Assembly (NCBI GenBank): GCA_040285825.1
Contig: JAUPSS010000013.1
Location: 1 to 64,000, forward strand
Reading direction: 5' to 3'
From: Eukaryota sp. TZLM1-RC
Lineage: Eukaryota; Protista; Metamonada: BaSk clade
DNA: 64,000 bases
Below are positions 40,666 to 53,066 of the stretch, one piece after another. The stretch's first letter is position 1. Every line of letters begins with the position of its first letter. The translations under genes and the position numbers were made by a program. The notes beneath the pieces are model-generated. The model worked only from the letters and a program-made list of their open reading frames with translations. It was not told the origin of the DNA and ran no database searches.

Positions 40666-42077
40666 GGTGTCGAAGTTAATAGTTATTTAGATGATACTTA
40701 TATTCTTTGTCAAAAAGAAGTTAATATTGAGTTGTTATTAAATGAATTAGAATTAATTTTCAAGCAAATTGGTTTGAAAATTGAATTTGACAAAAACCGA
40801 AGTGTTTTCAGTTGAAGATGATTTCATGTGTTTGGGATCTCCAATAGGTTCTACTGAGTTTGAATCCTCTTTTATAATTCAAAAAGTTCAAAATGAATTG
40901 ATTCCCAGTTTATTTTTATTAAAATCATTACCACTACAAAATCAATTTTTAATATTTAGACATTGTATTAATTCAATTTTGATGTACTGGGCCCGAACAG
41001 TTCCCTATGAATCCACCAAAATGGGTTTTCATCTTTGGGTTTCAGAATTTGTTGCTTATTTCAACTTAATAGGATTGGAAGAATCAAATAATTTAGATTC
41101 AATTTATTTGCCTCATTCTTTGGGTGGATTAGGGTTTCTCCATCTGGGCCAAGTTGCACATATTTGCTATTCAGTTTCTGTATACTTGGCTGTACGTGAT
41201 CTTGATTTAACAAATTTAATTCCAAGTGATCAGTATAGGGTTTTACTATCAGCTTTATCACCTTCTTTTGCTGGTTTTGACTCAATCTGGGACAAACGAA
41301 TTAAAATTTGCCAACGTCAAATCACTTATTTATTTTATAAGGAAAAATTGAGTCTTTTGAAGGAAAAACTATCAGAATGTGAACGACTACAATTTATTTC
41401 AAATTGTGACAGTCAATCTTCTTGTTTTTTGAAAGTCTTGCCTATTTCTCAAAATTTCACGTTCTCAGATGATTGCTTTAAATACCTAATAAATCTGAGA
41501 TTGCTTCAAGGAGAACAATTTGTGATATGTCCTTTGTGTGGTTATGGAGACCTAGGCTTAGATCACTCTTTTCAATGTAGAAAAGTATCGAGAATGGTTA
41601 CACAAAGACATGACGAAGTAAATAATTTTATTAACGAATTAAATAATTTTGAATCTGAAAAAGAATTTAAATTTGGTTTAAATAAGCAGTAACGTGTTGA
41701 TGTATTTCAAACGTCAACCAAAATTGCTTTTGATGTTACCATAGTTGGAGGTTATGGTAATAATTGGAGTGATGCTTTTTCGAAAGCTTATTCTGATAAA
41801 ATTGCAAAGTATTCAATTTTAAAAGAATTAAATTTAATTAACCAAATTGTTCCTCTCGTTTTTAGTGTTCATGGGGGTTTTTACACTAAAACAAAAACAC
41901 TGTTTGACCAATTTGGATGGAATGAGGTAGCAGATGAAATTAGTTGTATCATTTTGAAGAGTAGCTTTAAATGCCACATTGCTTTTAATTATATACTTCA
42001 AAAGAAAAGAGAAGATCGTCAATGTTGGTAGGTAGTTTTTTTAGTATTCAAGTAGTTTCTTCTTAATTTTCAATAAA
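40666..42077 (+). mobile_element. CRE-like non-LTR retrotransposon family A, copy 1 (5'-truncated)
   Basis: TSD AGTAAATCGTATCA (40652-40665 and 42078-42091); begins just before RT motif SYLDD; LPHSLGGLG, CPLC..HSFQC..RHD knuckle, RLE motifs FDVTIV..KIAKY..PLVFS; premature TAA at 41690; ends CAATAAA. Confidence 0.92.
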
Positions 42078-42530
42078 AGTAAATCGTATCAAAAACGATA
42101 CTCTTACACTTACAGCAATTGTTTTATTAGTTTACAACATTCAATTGTATACTTTGACAATTTAATGTTTAACAATTTATCAACTCAATTAATTCAAATA
42201 TATACAAAATCAATTGAAAATGTAATCATGAGTTTGTACTGATCAAGTAACACATAGCCAACATTACTCACACACAATTTCACACAAAGTTTGATCACAA
42301 GTTGATCACATCTAGTACATAAGGACTACATGCAACTCACCTAATCACACCAATGACCATTCAACCAATCATACCAATGACTACTCAAATGATCATAGCA
42401 CGGACTTTAACACCACAATTGTTATATTAATTGTACCAAAATGGACTTTAAAGATTTGACCAATGATTGTAATAAACAACCATTGGTCAATATACGAAAC
42501 TAGGAACTTCATATGAGCCTCAGTAAATCG
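42078..42530 (-). repeat. Single spacer repeat unit between family A copies (T-tract-deleted variant)
   Basis: Carries TATACTTTGACAATTT instead of the usual long T tracts. Confidence 0.9.
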
Positions 42531-43793
42531 ATGATTTCATGTGTTTGGGATCTCCAATAGGTTCTACTGAGTTTGGATCCTCTTTTATAATTCAAAAAGT
42601 TCAAAATGAATTGATTCCCAGTTTATTTTTATTAAAATCATTACCACTACAAAATCAATTTTTAATATTTAGACATTGTATTAATTCAATTTTGATGTAC
42701 TGGGCCCGAACAGTTCCCTATGAATCCACCAAAATGGGTTTTCATCTTTGGGTTTCAGAATTTGTTGCTTATTTCAACTTAATAGGATTGGAAGAATCAA
42801 ATAATTTAGATTTAATTTATTTGCCTCATTCTTTGGGTGGATTAGGGTTTCTCCATCTGGGCCAAGTTGCACATATTTGCTATTCAGTTTCTGTATACTT
42901 GGCTGTACGTGATCTTGATTTAACAAATTTAATTCCAAGTGATCAGTATAGGGTTTTACTATCAGCTTTATCACCTTCTTTTGCTGGTTTTGACTCAATC
43001 TGGGACAAACGAATTAAAATTTGCCAACGTCAAATCACTTATTTATTTTATAAGGAAAAATTGAGTCTTTTGAAGGAAAAACTATCAGAATGTGAACGAC
43101 TACAATTTATTTCAAATTGTGACAGTCAATCTTCTTGTTTTTTTGAAAGTCTTGCCTATTTCTCAAAATTTCACGTTCTCAGATGATTGCTTTAAATACC
43201 TAATAAATCTGAGATTGCTTCAAGGAGAACAATTTGTGATATGTCCTTTGTGTGGTTATGGAGACCTAGGCTTAGATCACTCTTTTCAATGTAGAAAAGT
43301 ATCGAGAATGGTTACACAAAGACATGACGAAGTAAATAATTTTATTAACGAATTAAATAATTTTGAATCTGAAAAAGAATTTAAATTTGGTTTAAATAAG
43401 CAGTAACGTGTTGATGTATTTCAAACGTCAACCAAAATTGCTTTTGATGTTACCATAGTTGGAGGTTATGGTAATAATTGGAGTGATGCTTTTTCGAAAG
43501 CTTATTCTGATAAAATTGCAAAGTATTCAATTTTAAAAGAATTAAATTTAATTAACCAAATTGTTCCTCTCGTTTTTAGTGTTCATGGGGGTTTTTACAC
43601 TAAAACAAAAACACTGTTTGACCAATTTGGATGGAATGAGGTAGCAGATGAAATTAGTTGTATCATTTTGAAGAGTAGCTTTAAATGCCACATTGCTTTT
43701 AATTATATACTTCAAAAGAAAAGAGAAGATCGTCAATGTTGGTAGGTAGTTGTTTTTTAGTATTCAAGTAGTTTCTTCTTAATTTTCAATAAA
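42531..43793 (+). mobile_element. Family A copy 2 (5'-truncated, frameshifted)
   Basis: TSD AGTAAATCG; nearly identical to copy 1; same 3' end and same TAA. Confidence 0.92.
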
Positions 43794-44249
43794 AGTAAAT
43801 CGTATCAAAAACGATACTCTTACACTTACAGCAATGGTTTTATTAGTTTGCAACATTCAATTGTATACTTTGACAATTTAATGTTTAAAAATTAATAAAC
43901 TCAATTAATTCAAATATATACAAAATCAATTGAAAATGTAATCATGAGTTTGTACTGATCAAGTAACACATAGCCAACATTACTCACACACAATTTCACA
44001 CAAAGTTTGATCACAAGTTGATCACATCTATTACATAAGGACTACATGCAACTCACCTAATCACACCAATGACCATTCAACCAATCATACCAATGACTAC
44101 TCAAATGATCATAGCACGGACTTTAACACCACAATTGTTATATTAATTGTCCCAAAATGGACTTTAAAGATTTGACCAATGATTGTAATAAACAACAATT
44201 GGTCAATATACGAAACTAGGAACTTCATATGAGCCTCAGTAAATCGTAT
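43794..44249 (-). repeat. Single spacer repeat unit (T-tract-deleted variant)
   Basis: Same variant as 42078-42530. Confidence 0.9.
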
Positions 44250-45597
44250 AATGTTATTAAATGAATTAGAATTAATTTTCAAGCAAATTGGTTTGAAATT
44301 AAATTTGACAAAAACCGAAGTGTTTTCAGTTGAAGATGATTTCATGTGTTTGTAATCTCCAATAGGTTCTACAGAGTTTGAATCCTCTTTTATAATTCAA
44401 AAAGTTCAAAATGAATTGATTCCCAGTTTATTTTTATTAAAATCATTACCAATACAAAATCAATTTTTAATATTTAGACATTGTATTAATTCAATTTTGA
44501 TGTACTGGGCCCAAACAGTTCCCTATGAATCCACCAGAATGGGTTTTCATCTTTGGGTTTCAGAATTTGTTGCTTATTTCAACTTAATAGGATTGGAAGA
44601 ATCAAATAATTTTGATTTAATTTATTTGCCTCATTCTTTGGGTGGATTAGGATTTCTCCATCTGGGCCAAGTTGCACATATTTGCTATTCAGTTTCTGTA
44701 TACTTGGCTGTACTTGATCTTGATTTAACGAATTTAATTCCAAGTGATCAGTATAGGGTTTTACTATCAGCTTTATCACCTTCTTTTGCTGGTTTTGACT
44801 CAATCTGGGACAAACGAATTAAAATTTGCCAACGTCAAATCACTCATTTATTTTATAAGGAGAAATTGAGTCTTTTGAAGGAAAAACTATCAGAATATGA
44901 ACGACTACAATTTATTTCAAATTGTGACAGTCAATCTTCTTGTTTTTTGAAAGTCTTGCCTATTTCTCAAAATTTCACGTTCTCAGATGATTGCTTTAAA
45001 TACCTAATAAATCTGAGATTGCTTCAAGGAGAACAATTTGTGATATGTCCTTTGTGTGGTTATGGAGACCTAGGCTTAGATCACTCTTTTCAATGTAGAA
45101 AAGTATCGAGAATGGTTACACAAAGACATGACGAAGTAAATAATTTTATTAACGAATTAAATAATTTTTGAATCTGAAAAAGAATTTAAATTTGGTTTAA
45201 ATAAGCAGTAACGTGTTGATGTATTTCAAACGTCAACCAAAATTGCTTTTTGATGTTACCATAGTTGGAGGTTATGGTAATAATTGGAGTGATGCTTTTT
45301 CGAAAGCTTATTCTGATAAAATTGCAAAGTATTCAATTTTAAAAGAATTAAATTTAATTAACCAAATTGTTCCTCTCGTTTTTAGTGTTCATGGGGGTTT
45401 TTACACTAAAACAAAAACACTGTTTGACCAATTTGGATGGAATGAGGTAGCAGATGAAATTAGTTGTATCATTTTGAAGAGTAGCTTTAAATGCCACATT
45501 GCTTTTAATTATATACTTCAAAAGAAAAGAGAAGATCGTCAATGTTGGTAGGTAGTTTTTTTAGTATTCAAGTAGTTTCTTCTTAATTTTCAATAAA
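44250..45597 (+). mobile_element. Family A copy 3 (5'-truncated, stops and frameshifts)
   Basis: TSD AGTAAATCGTAT plus two extra A; a third distinct 5' junction; same 3' end. Confidence 0.92.
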
Positions 45598-46050
45598 AGT
45601 AAATCGTATCAAAAACGATACTCTTACACTTACAGCAATGGTTTTATTAGTTTGCAACATTCAATTGTATACTTTGACAATTTAATGTTTAACAATTTAT
45701 CAACTCAATTAATTCAAATATATACAAAATCAATTGAAAATGTAATCATGAGTTTGTACTGATCAAGTAACACATAGCCAACATTACTCACACACAATTT
45801 CACACAAAGTTTGATCACAAGTTGATCACATCTAGTACATAAGGACTACATGCAACTCACCTAATCACACCAATGACCATTCAACCAATCATACCAATGA
45901 CTACTCAAATGATCATAGCACGGACTTTAACACCACAATTGTTATATTAATTGTACCAAAATGGACTTTAAAGATTTGACCAATGATTGTAATAAACAAC
46001 CATTGGTCAATATACGAAACTAGGAACTTCATATGAGCCTCAGTAAATCG
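45598..46050 (-). repeat. Single spacer repeat unit (T-tract-deleted variant)
   Basis: Near-identical to 42078-42530, including the GTACCAAA and AACAATTTATCAAC variants. Confidence 0.9.
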
Positions 46051-47310
46051 ATGATTTCATGTGTTTGGGATCTCCAATAGGTTCTACTGAGTTTGGATCC
46101 TCTTTTATAATTCAAAAAGTTCAAAATGAATTGATTCCCAGTTTATTTTTATTAAAATCATTACCAATACAAAATCAATTTTTAATACTTAGACATTGTA
46201 TTAATTCAATTTTGATGTACTGGGCCCGAACAGTTCCCTATGAATCCACCAGAATGGGTTTTCATCTTTGGGTTTCAGAATTTGTTGCTTATTTCAACTT
46301 AATAGGATTGGAAGAATCAAATAATTTTGATTTAATTTATTTGCCTCATTCTTTGGGTGGATTAGGATTTCTCCATCTGGGCCAAGTTGCACATATTTGC
46401 TATTCAGTTTCTGTATATTTGGCTGTACGTGATCTTGATTTAACGAATTTAATTCCAAGTGATCAGTATAGGGTTTTACTATCAGCTTTATCACCTTCTT
46501 TTGCTGGTTTTGACTCAATCTGGGACAAACGAATTAAAATTTGCCAACGTCAAATCACTCATTTATTTTATAAGGAGAAATTGAGTCTTTTGAAGGAAAA
46601 ACTATCAGAATGTGAACGACTACAATTTATTTCAAATTGTGACAGTCAATCTTCTTGTTTTTTGAAAGTCTTGCCTATTTCTCAAAATTTCACGTTCTCA
46701 GATGATTGCTTTAAATACCTAATAAATCTGAGATTGCTTCAAGGAGAACAATTTGTGATATCTCCTTTGTGTGGTTATGGAGACCTAGGCTTAGATCACT
46801 CTTTTCAATGTAGAAAAGTATCGAGAATGGTTACACAAAGACATGACGAAGTAAATAATTTTATTAACGAATTAAATAATTTTGAATCTGAAAAAGAATT
46901 TAAATTTGGTTTAAATAAGCAGTTACGTGTTGATGCATTTCAAACGTCAACCAAAATTGCTTTTGATGTTACCATAGTTGGAGGTTATGGTAATAATTGG
47001 AGTGATGCTTTTTCGAAAGCTTATTCTGATAAAATTGCAAAGTATTCAATTTTAAAAGAATTAAATTTAATTAACCAAATTGTTCCTCTCGTTTTTAGTG
47101 TTCATGGGGGTTTTTACACTAAAACAAAAATACTGTTTGACCAATTTGGACGGAATGAGGTAGCAGATGAAATTAGTTGTATCATTTTGAAGAGTAGCTT
47201 TAAATGCCACATTGCTTTTAATTATATACTTCAAAAGAAAAGAGAAGATCGTCAATGTTGGTAGGTAGTTTTTTTAGTATTCAAGTAGTTTCTTCTTAAT
47301 TTTCAATAAA
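46051..47310 (+). mobile_element. Family A copy 4 (5'-truncated, ORF open to the natural stop)
   Basis: Same 5' junction as copy 2 (TSD AGTAAATCG); 401 aa ORF. Confidence 0.92.
46059..47264 (+). CDS. C-terminal part of CRE-like polyprotein (RT thumb/linker, zinc knuckle, restriction-like endonuclease)
   Basis: CLGSPIG, LPHSLGGLG, HSFQCR..RHDEV, RVD..FDVTIV..KIAKY..PLVFSVHGG. Truncated, so probably not functional. Confidence 0.8.
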   Translation: MCLGSPIGSTEFGSSFIIQKVQNELIPSLFLLKSLPIQNQFLILRHCINSILMYWARTVPYESTRMGFHLWVSEFVAYFNLIGLEESNNFDLIYLPHSLGGLGFLHLGQVAHICYSVSVYLAVRDLDLTNLIPSDQYRVLLSALSPSFAGFDSIWDKRIKICQRQITHLFYKEKLSLLKEKLSECERLQFISNCDSQSSCFLKVLPISQNFTFSDDCFKYLINLRLLQGEQFVISPLCGYGDLGLDHSFQCRKVSRMVTQRHDEVNNFINELNNFESEKEFKFGLNKQLRVDAFQTSTKIAFDVTIVGGYGNNWSDAFSKAYSDKIAKYSILKELNLINQIVPLVFSVHGGFYTKTKILFDQFGRNEVADEISCIILKSSFKCHIAFNYILQKKREDRQCW

Positions 47311-48143
47311 AGTAAATCGTATCAAAAACGATACTCTAACACTTACAGCAATGGTTTTATTAGTTTGCAACATTCAATTGTATACTTTGACAATTTAATG
47401 TTTAAAAATTAATAAACTCAATTAATTCAAATATATACAAAATCAATTGAAAATGTAATCATGAGTTTGTACTGATCAAGTAACACATAGACAACATTAC
47501 TCACACACAATTTCGCACAAAGTTTGATCACAAGTTGATCACATCCAGTACATAAGGACTACATGCAACTCACCTAATCACACCAATGACCATACAACCA
47601 ATCATACCAATGACTACTCAAATGACCATAGCACGGACTTTAACACCACAATTGTTATATTAATTGTCCCAAAATGGACTTTAAAGATTTGACCAATGAT
47701 TGTAATAAACAACCATTGGTCAATATACGAAACTAGGAACTTCATATGAGCCTCAGTAAATCGTATCAAAAACGATACTCTTACACTTACAGCAATGGTT
47801 TTATTAGTTTGCAACATTCAATTGTATACTTTTTGATTTTTTACTATTTTTACAATTTAATGTTTAAAAATTAATAAACTCAATTAATTCAAATATATAC
47901 AAAATCAATTGAAAATGTAATCATGAGTTTGTACTGATCAAGTAACACATAGCCAACATTACTCACACACAATTTCGCACAAAGTTTGATCACAAGTTGA
48001 TCACATCCAGTACATAAGGACTACATGCAACTCACCTAATCACACCAATGACCATACAACCAATCATACCAATGACTACTCAAATGACCATAGCACGGAC
48101 TTTAACATCACAATTGTTATATTAATTGTCCCAAAATGGACTT
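47311..48143 (-). repeat. Last ~1.8 spacer repeat units, ending at a deletion junction
   Basis: The unit breaks at AAAATGGACTT and joins family B sequence GGCATTGTGAAGG. Confidence 0.9.
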
Positions 48144-48394
48144 GGCATTGTGAAGGAAGTGTGTCCCATTGTATTTTCTATTTTGGGAGGGATTGAGAAG
48201 GCAACACTGAAAGAGCTGAAATCATGGAAATTGAACTCATATGATATGAGCATTTTGTCTTGTATCATCGCCAAGGGTTCATATCGTTGTCACTTGGCAT
48301 ATGAGTCGTATAGTAGGAAAATGGTGTCTGTGCGGAATTAGGCTGTGTAGTTTTGATTTCTTAATTTTCTAGTTTTTCTATATTTCCAAATAAA
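48144..48394 (+). mobile_element. CRE-like family B, 3'-terminal fragment
   Basis: Near-identical to 51304-51554; followed by 28S target AACCTGTCTCACGAC. Confidence 0.9.
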
Positions 48395-48409
48395 AACCTG
48401 TCTCACGAC

Positions 48410-51400
48410 CCATGTAAGAAGACATTTATCCAAGCAAAAACAGGAAATTTTTCACTTGTACAACGATGTTGCTGACAATTTAGCTAAACTTGGTTGTGAT
48501 AGAAACTGTGCTGAATTTGATACTGTTGAAGATTTTGTTGCAAATGATTTGTCATTATTTCCTCCTGTTAATAGTGGTAATAAAGTGCTTCTAGCATGTC
48601 CCATGGTTAATTCATTTGAACATTCAAGAACTACCATTGATTGTCTTGAACTTGAGAACTTTAGTGCACAAGAAATTTTGTTTGATGGTTTCTGTTGTAC
48701 TTGTCCCGGTTGTTGTAAAAAATTCAAGTTTGGAACATCCAAGAATAGTTCCTGATCCGTCACTTAAATAATTCTGACAGTTGTTATACCAAATTGTCAA
48801 ATCTCTTTAGTAGGTGTGCCAACTCGTTCATAAAACTAAATCTACATCTCTGTGCAGATTGTGGAAAGTTTTGCAATGGTTCTGGTAAAAATGAGCATAA
48901 AGAAAGTCACACAAATTATGTTAAATTGTCATCCCAAGCCTTTCAGCCTCTCTTTAACATGTCTGAAGAAATGTTGATCAATATTATCACAATTGTTGTG
49001 GAGGAAGACCTGTCAGTTTTGAATGTGAAAAAGTCTTGGTTCAAAGTACTGAATTATATATTAGAATCTAATCTGTCCATTTCAGAAAAAAGCCAAATGG
49101 CTGATAATGTCACCCACATTGGCTCTTTCCAAAAAAGGAAATTGCAAATTTAATTTCTTACAAAATGTCTATCTCATCAAAGAAATGCGTTGGAATGAGT
49201 TGCGAAATTTTCTTCATAAAGATATTAGTCATCAAAAACCTCAGCTAAATCAACACGATCGTAGATATAACCAAGTGAAATCATTGTTAAAGAAAAGCTT
49301 AATAGGAAAAGCATTTAATGTATTATCCAGACCAGAAACAGTAGCCAAACCATTGGACGAGTCTGTAACAGATTTAAAGCTCCTCCATCCCGATGTCAGT
49401 GAAGCTCTTCCTGAGGTTCAGATACCATTTTGTCCTTTTAAATTTAATTTACCTACTACAAAAAAAGCATTATTAAGTTATCCTGCAGGCGGTGCACCAG
49501 GACTTTTTGGATGGTCTGAGACGTTGATTCCTGAAGATATCTCTGATGAATTGTTGCAAATAATTAATTTTATTTTTAATCAGATGTCATCAGGATCATT
49601 AAATGGTGCTTTGAAAAACTTGTTAACAGGTAGTTCTTTAATTGGTATCCCAAAACAAAATGGGAAAACACGTCCTATTGCCATGGGGGATTTCTTTTAT
49701 AAAATTGTAAGTCGCTGGCTTACTAAGCAGTCAAATTGTTCTTTTTTACATCAACAGCATCAATTTGGAGTTGCTTTCCCCAATGGTACCGAGAATCTTA
49801 TTCACATATTGCGAAAAAAATGGTACGAAAAAAAGCATGATGGATTAATAAGTCTGGATATCAAAAATGCTTTCAACTGTGTAAGTCGTAAAGCCATTTT
49901 TCAAGCTTTATGTGCACGTCCGGAATTGAATTTTTGGTTCCTTTTTTCATGTGGTCATATGAAGAAGAGTCTTTGCTGTCAATTCCCGGATACAATCAAC
50001 CTATCATCTCATCCACAGGTATAAAGCAAGGTGACCCTGCTTCTCCTTTTTTCTATGCTCTAGCAACATTACCTATTATTTCTTATTGCCGTGAAGTTTT
50101 AAATATCGAAACTTACGCCTATCTGGACAACACATACCTGTGTTTGGACAATGCTGCTGATTTGAATTTTGTTTTAGATGAGCTATCAACTGAATTTTCA
50201 AAAATTAATTTCACATTGAACAAAGAAAAAACCAATTTTTTCGTTGAGATGAAGAATTTCTTGTTTTTCCTGATAATGGAAATTGTTTCAAAGCTCTTGG
50301 TTCATTTATTGGCACTATTGCTGGTCAAGAATCTTTTTTGAACGATTACGTTGAGGCCAAAGTTCTACCTTTGCTCGATCATCTTCGTAGTTTACCTCTG
50401 CAAACCAAGATACTATTCACTCGTTATTGCATCAACAGCAAATTGATGTATTTTTTGCACACATTAGAACCAGAAGCTTGTCTGCCAATTATGCAACGGC
50501 TTTTTCAATATCTTATTCAATTCATTTCATCTGAATTTAAGATTCATTTGTCTGAAAAGGACGAGTATATTCTCAATCTACCGATACGTTATGGAGGGTT
50601 TGGTTTGACTGACCTATCTGCTTTGTGTGATATCGCTTATTCTGTATCTTGCTATAGTGTTAGTACTAACCTCTCTGAAGACTGTTTTCCTGTTCCTGCT
50701 GCTCGTGATCGTGCTCTTCTGATTCTGGGTAAAGATGACACTAATGAATATTTTGCAAATGCTTTAAAACCACAAACTCAATGGGCATTGTGTAATATTA
50801 TTCATGTAGAATCTGTTTCCAAATTGAAGTCAACATTGTCACCAACTGAGCATATCTTTTTCAAGTACAACACATTGCCTTTTTCTGGTTCCTTTTTGAC
50901 AGTTTGTCCTGCTAACACATTTTCTGGCTTCAACGATTCTGAATTCCGCTTTTTAAGTCATCTCCGGTTATTGAAACTTGTAGACTTGCCGATCTGCTCG
51001 AATTGTGGCTTCAAGAATATTGCTTCTGCCCATTCGATAAATTGCAATCGTACCTCCAAAGCCGTGATTGGAAGACACGATCGATGCAAAATGTTTTTGG
51101 CTAAATTGCTAGACATTCCAAATTCTGATATCGAAATTTCCTTACGTAGTGACTCAATTATTGGAAAAGCCGATTTTTTGCTAAGAAATCCAACAAGGTT
51201 TGTTGATGTGACTGTTATTGGGGGACATGGTCATGAACTCGACCTTGCTCTTCAAGCAGCTGTAGTGCGGAAGAAAACCAAATATGCCAGCCTTGTTAAA
51301 GATGGCATTGTGAAGGAAGTGTGTCCCATTGTATTTTCTATTTTGGGAGAGATTGAGAAGGCAACACTGAAACAGCTGAAACCATGGAAATTGAACTCAT

Positions 51401-51554
51401 ATGATATGACCATTTTGTCTTGTATCATCGCCAAGGGTTCATATCGTTGTCACTTGGCATATGAGTCGTATAGTAGGAAAATGGTGTCTGTGCGGAATTA
51501 GGTTGTGTAGTTTTGATTTCTTAATTTTCTAGTTTTTCTATATTTCTAAATAAA
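48410..51554 (+). mobile_element. CRE-like family B, longest copy (3.1 kb, 5'-truncated, frameshifted ORF: RNase H-like remnant, two zinc fingers, RT, zinc knuckle, RLE)
   Basis: RPIAMGDFFYKIVSR, HQFGVAFPNGTE, LDIKNAFNCVSR, GIKQGDPASP, YLDN (YLDD mutated), LPIRYGGFGL, CSNC..HSINC..RHD, KADF..VDVTV..KKTKY..PIVFS. Flanked by AACCTGTCTC(ACGAC) at 48395 and 51555. Confidence 0.93.
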
Positions 51555-51564
51555 AACCTGTCTC

Positions 51565-52880
51565 CTGTCAAGGATTTCACGTTGAAATAGGTCAAGAAGA
51601 TGAGCATAGTTTCAAAGCCCTTGGATCTTTTATTGGATCTATTGACGGACAATATAATTATGTTAAAAATTACATTGATACCAATGTGAAACCATTGATC
51701 AGTTCCTTGGTAGGACTCCCACTGCAAACTCAATTTTTGTTTTTCCGATATTGTATAAATTCAAAATTGATGTACTTTGCCAGAACCCTCCAACCTGACA
51801 ATTCCAGCTTTTGAACAACTTTTTGACTCAATTTTGGAATTTGTTCAAATGACTTCCAAGGTTTCTTGTGATGATTTCCGAAAAAAGCTTGTATCGTTAC
51901 CTATGAGGTTTGGTGGACTTGGTTTTACAAATTTAGCGGATATTTCTGTGTTCGCTTACTCGGTATCTTTGTACAGTTGCTCTGTAAACATTGGAAGGTT
52001 TTTGCAGTGTTCAAGTTTTTCATTAGAACATTGTGTTACACTTTTAACTCCTTTAGTTGACTCTCTACAATTAACTAAACTACCTTTGAGAGCTCAATGG
52101 AGTTTGTGTAACACAATTTATAGGGAGAAATTGATTAATTTGAAATCTCTTTTGGATGATAATCTGAACAAAGAATTAAGCCATCAGTTTTGCCTAAAGC
52201 TGGTTCATTTTTATTGGCACTTCCGACGAATGAAATTTGTAAAATTAATAATTCGGAATATGTACAATTTCTGCAATGGAGACATTTGAATTTCACAGCT
52301 GTTCCAATGTGTCCTCTTTGTGGTTACAAGAATTTGACTTCTTCCCACTTTTGTGCCTGTAAAAAAGTGAGTGGTGCTGTTAAGCAAAGACATGATGCTG
52401 TGAAACTTAATATTGCTCAAGAACTCAATATTTCTGATCGTAATATGGAAAAGATTTTTGAACATAATGGTCAACAGAAAATTGCTGATTTTTATCTTGA
52501 AGATGGCAAAAATTTTGTGATTTAACATTTTCTGGAGGCAATAATCACAATTTGACCAAAGCTTTTGATGATTCAATTCAACGAAAGTTGAGAAAATACG
52601 CTTGTCTTGTTCCTGAACAGTGTAATGAAGTTGTTCCTTTAGTTTTTTCTCTTTTTGGTGGTATTCAAAAAAATACTTACAAGAGATTGAAAGCATTAAA
52701 AGTTAAATCTTTTCAGACGGTAGCTGTTTTGGTTTTGATAGGTTCTTACAGAGTCATGTTGGCATATGATTCTTATCTTCGAAGAGTTATGGCTGAATAA
52801 TGATTTCATTTTTCTTGATTTTTTGTTAACTTAGTTGATTTAATTTTATAGTTTTATTGTTGTCTTATTATTTAAATAAA
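51565..52880 (+). mobile_element. CRE-like family C (5'-truncated, frameshifted), same 28S target as family B
   Basis: FKALGSFIG, LPMRFGGLG, CPLC..HFCAC..RHD, IADF, RKLRKY, PLVFSLFGG; TSD AACCTGTCTC at 51555 and 52881; ends AAATAAA. Confidence 0.9.
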
Positions 52881-52921
<41 letters not shown>

Positions 52922-53023
52922 TTAATGGGTGAACAATCCAACGCTTTGAGAATTCTGCTTCTTAATGATAGGAAGAGCCGACATCGAAGAATCAAAAAGC
53001 AACGTCGCTATGAACGCTTGGCT

Positions 53024-53066
<43 letters not shown>

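Noticed and set aside
41688-41695. In-frame TAA in three A copies as evidence for a TAA=Gln genetic code
   Set aside because: Copy 4 has TTA (Leu). The long host GT2 and pol frames have no internal TAA/TAG, and several ORFs end at TAA/TAG where expected.
41061-47255. Repeated minus-strand 62 aa and 74 aa ORFs in family A
   Set aside because: Antisense shadows that recur only because the element is repeated.
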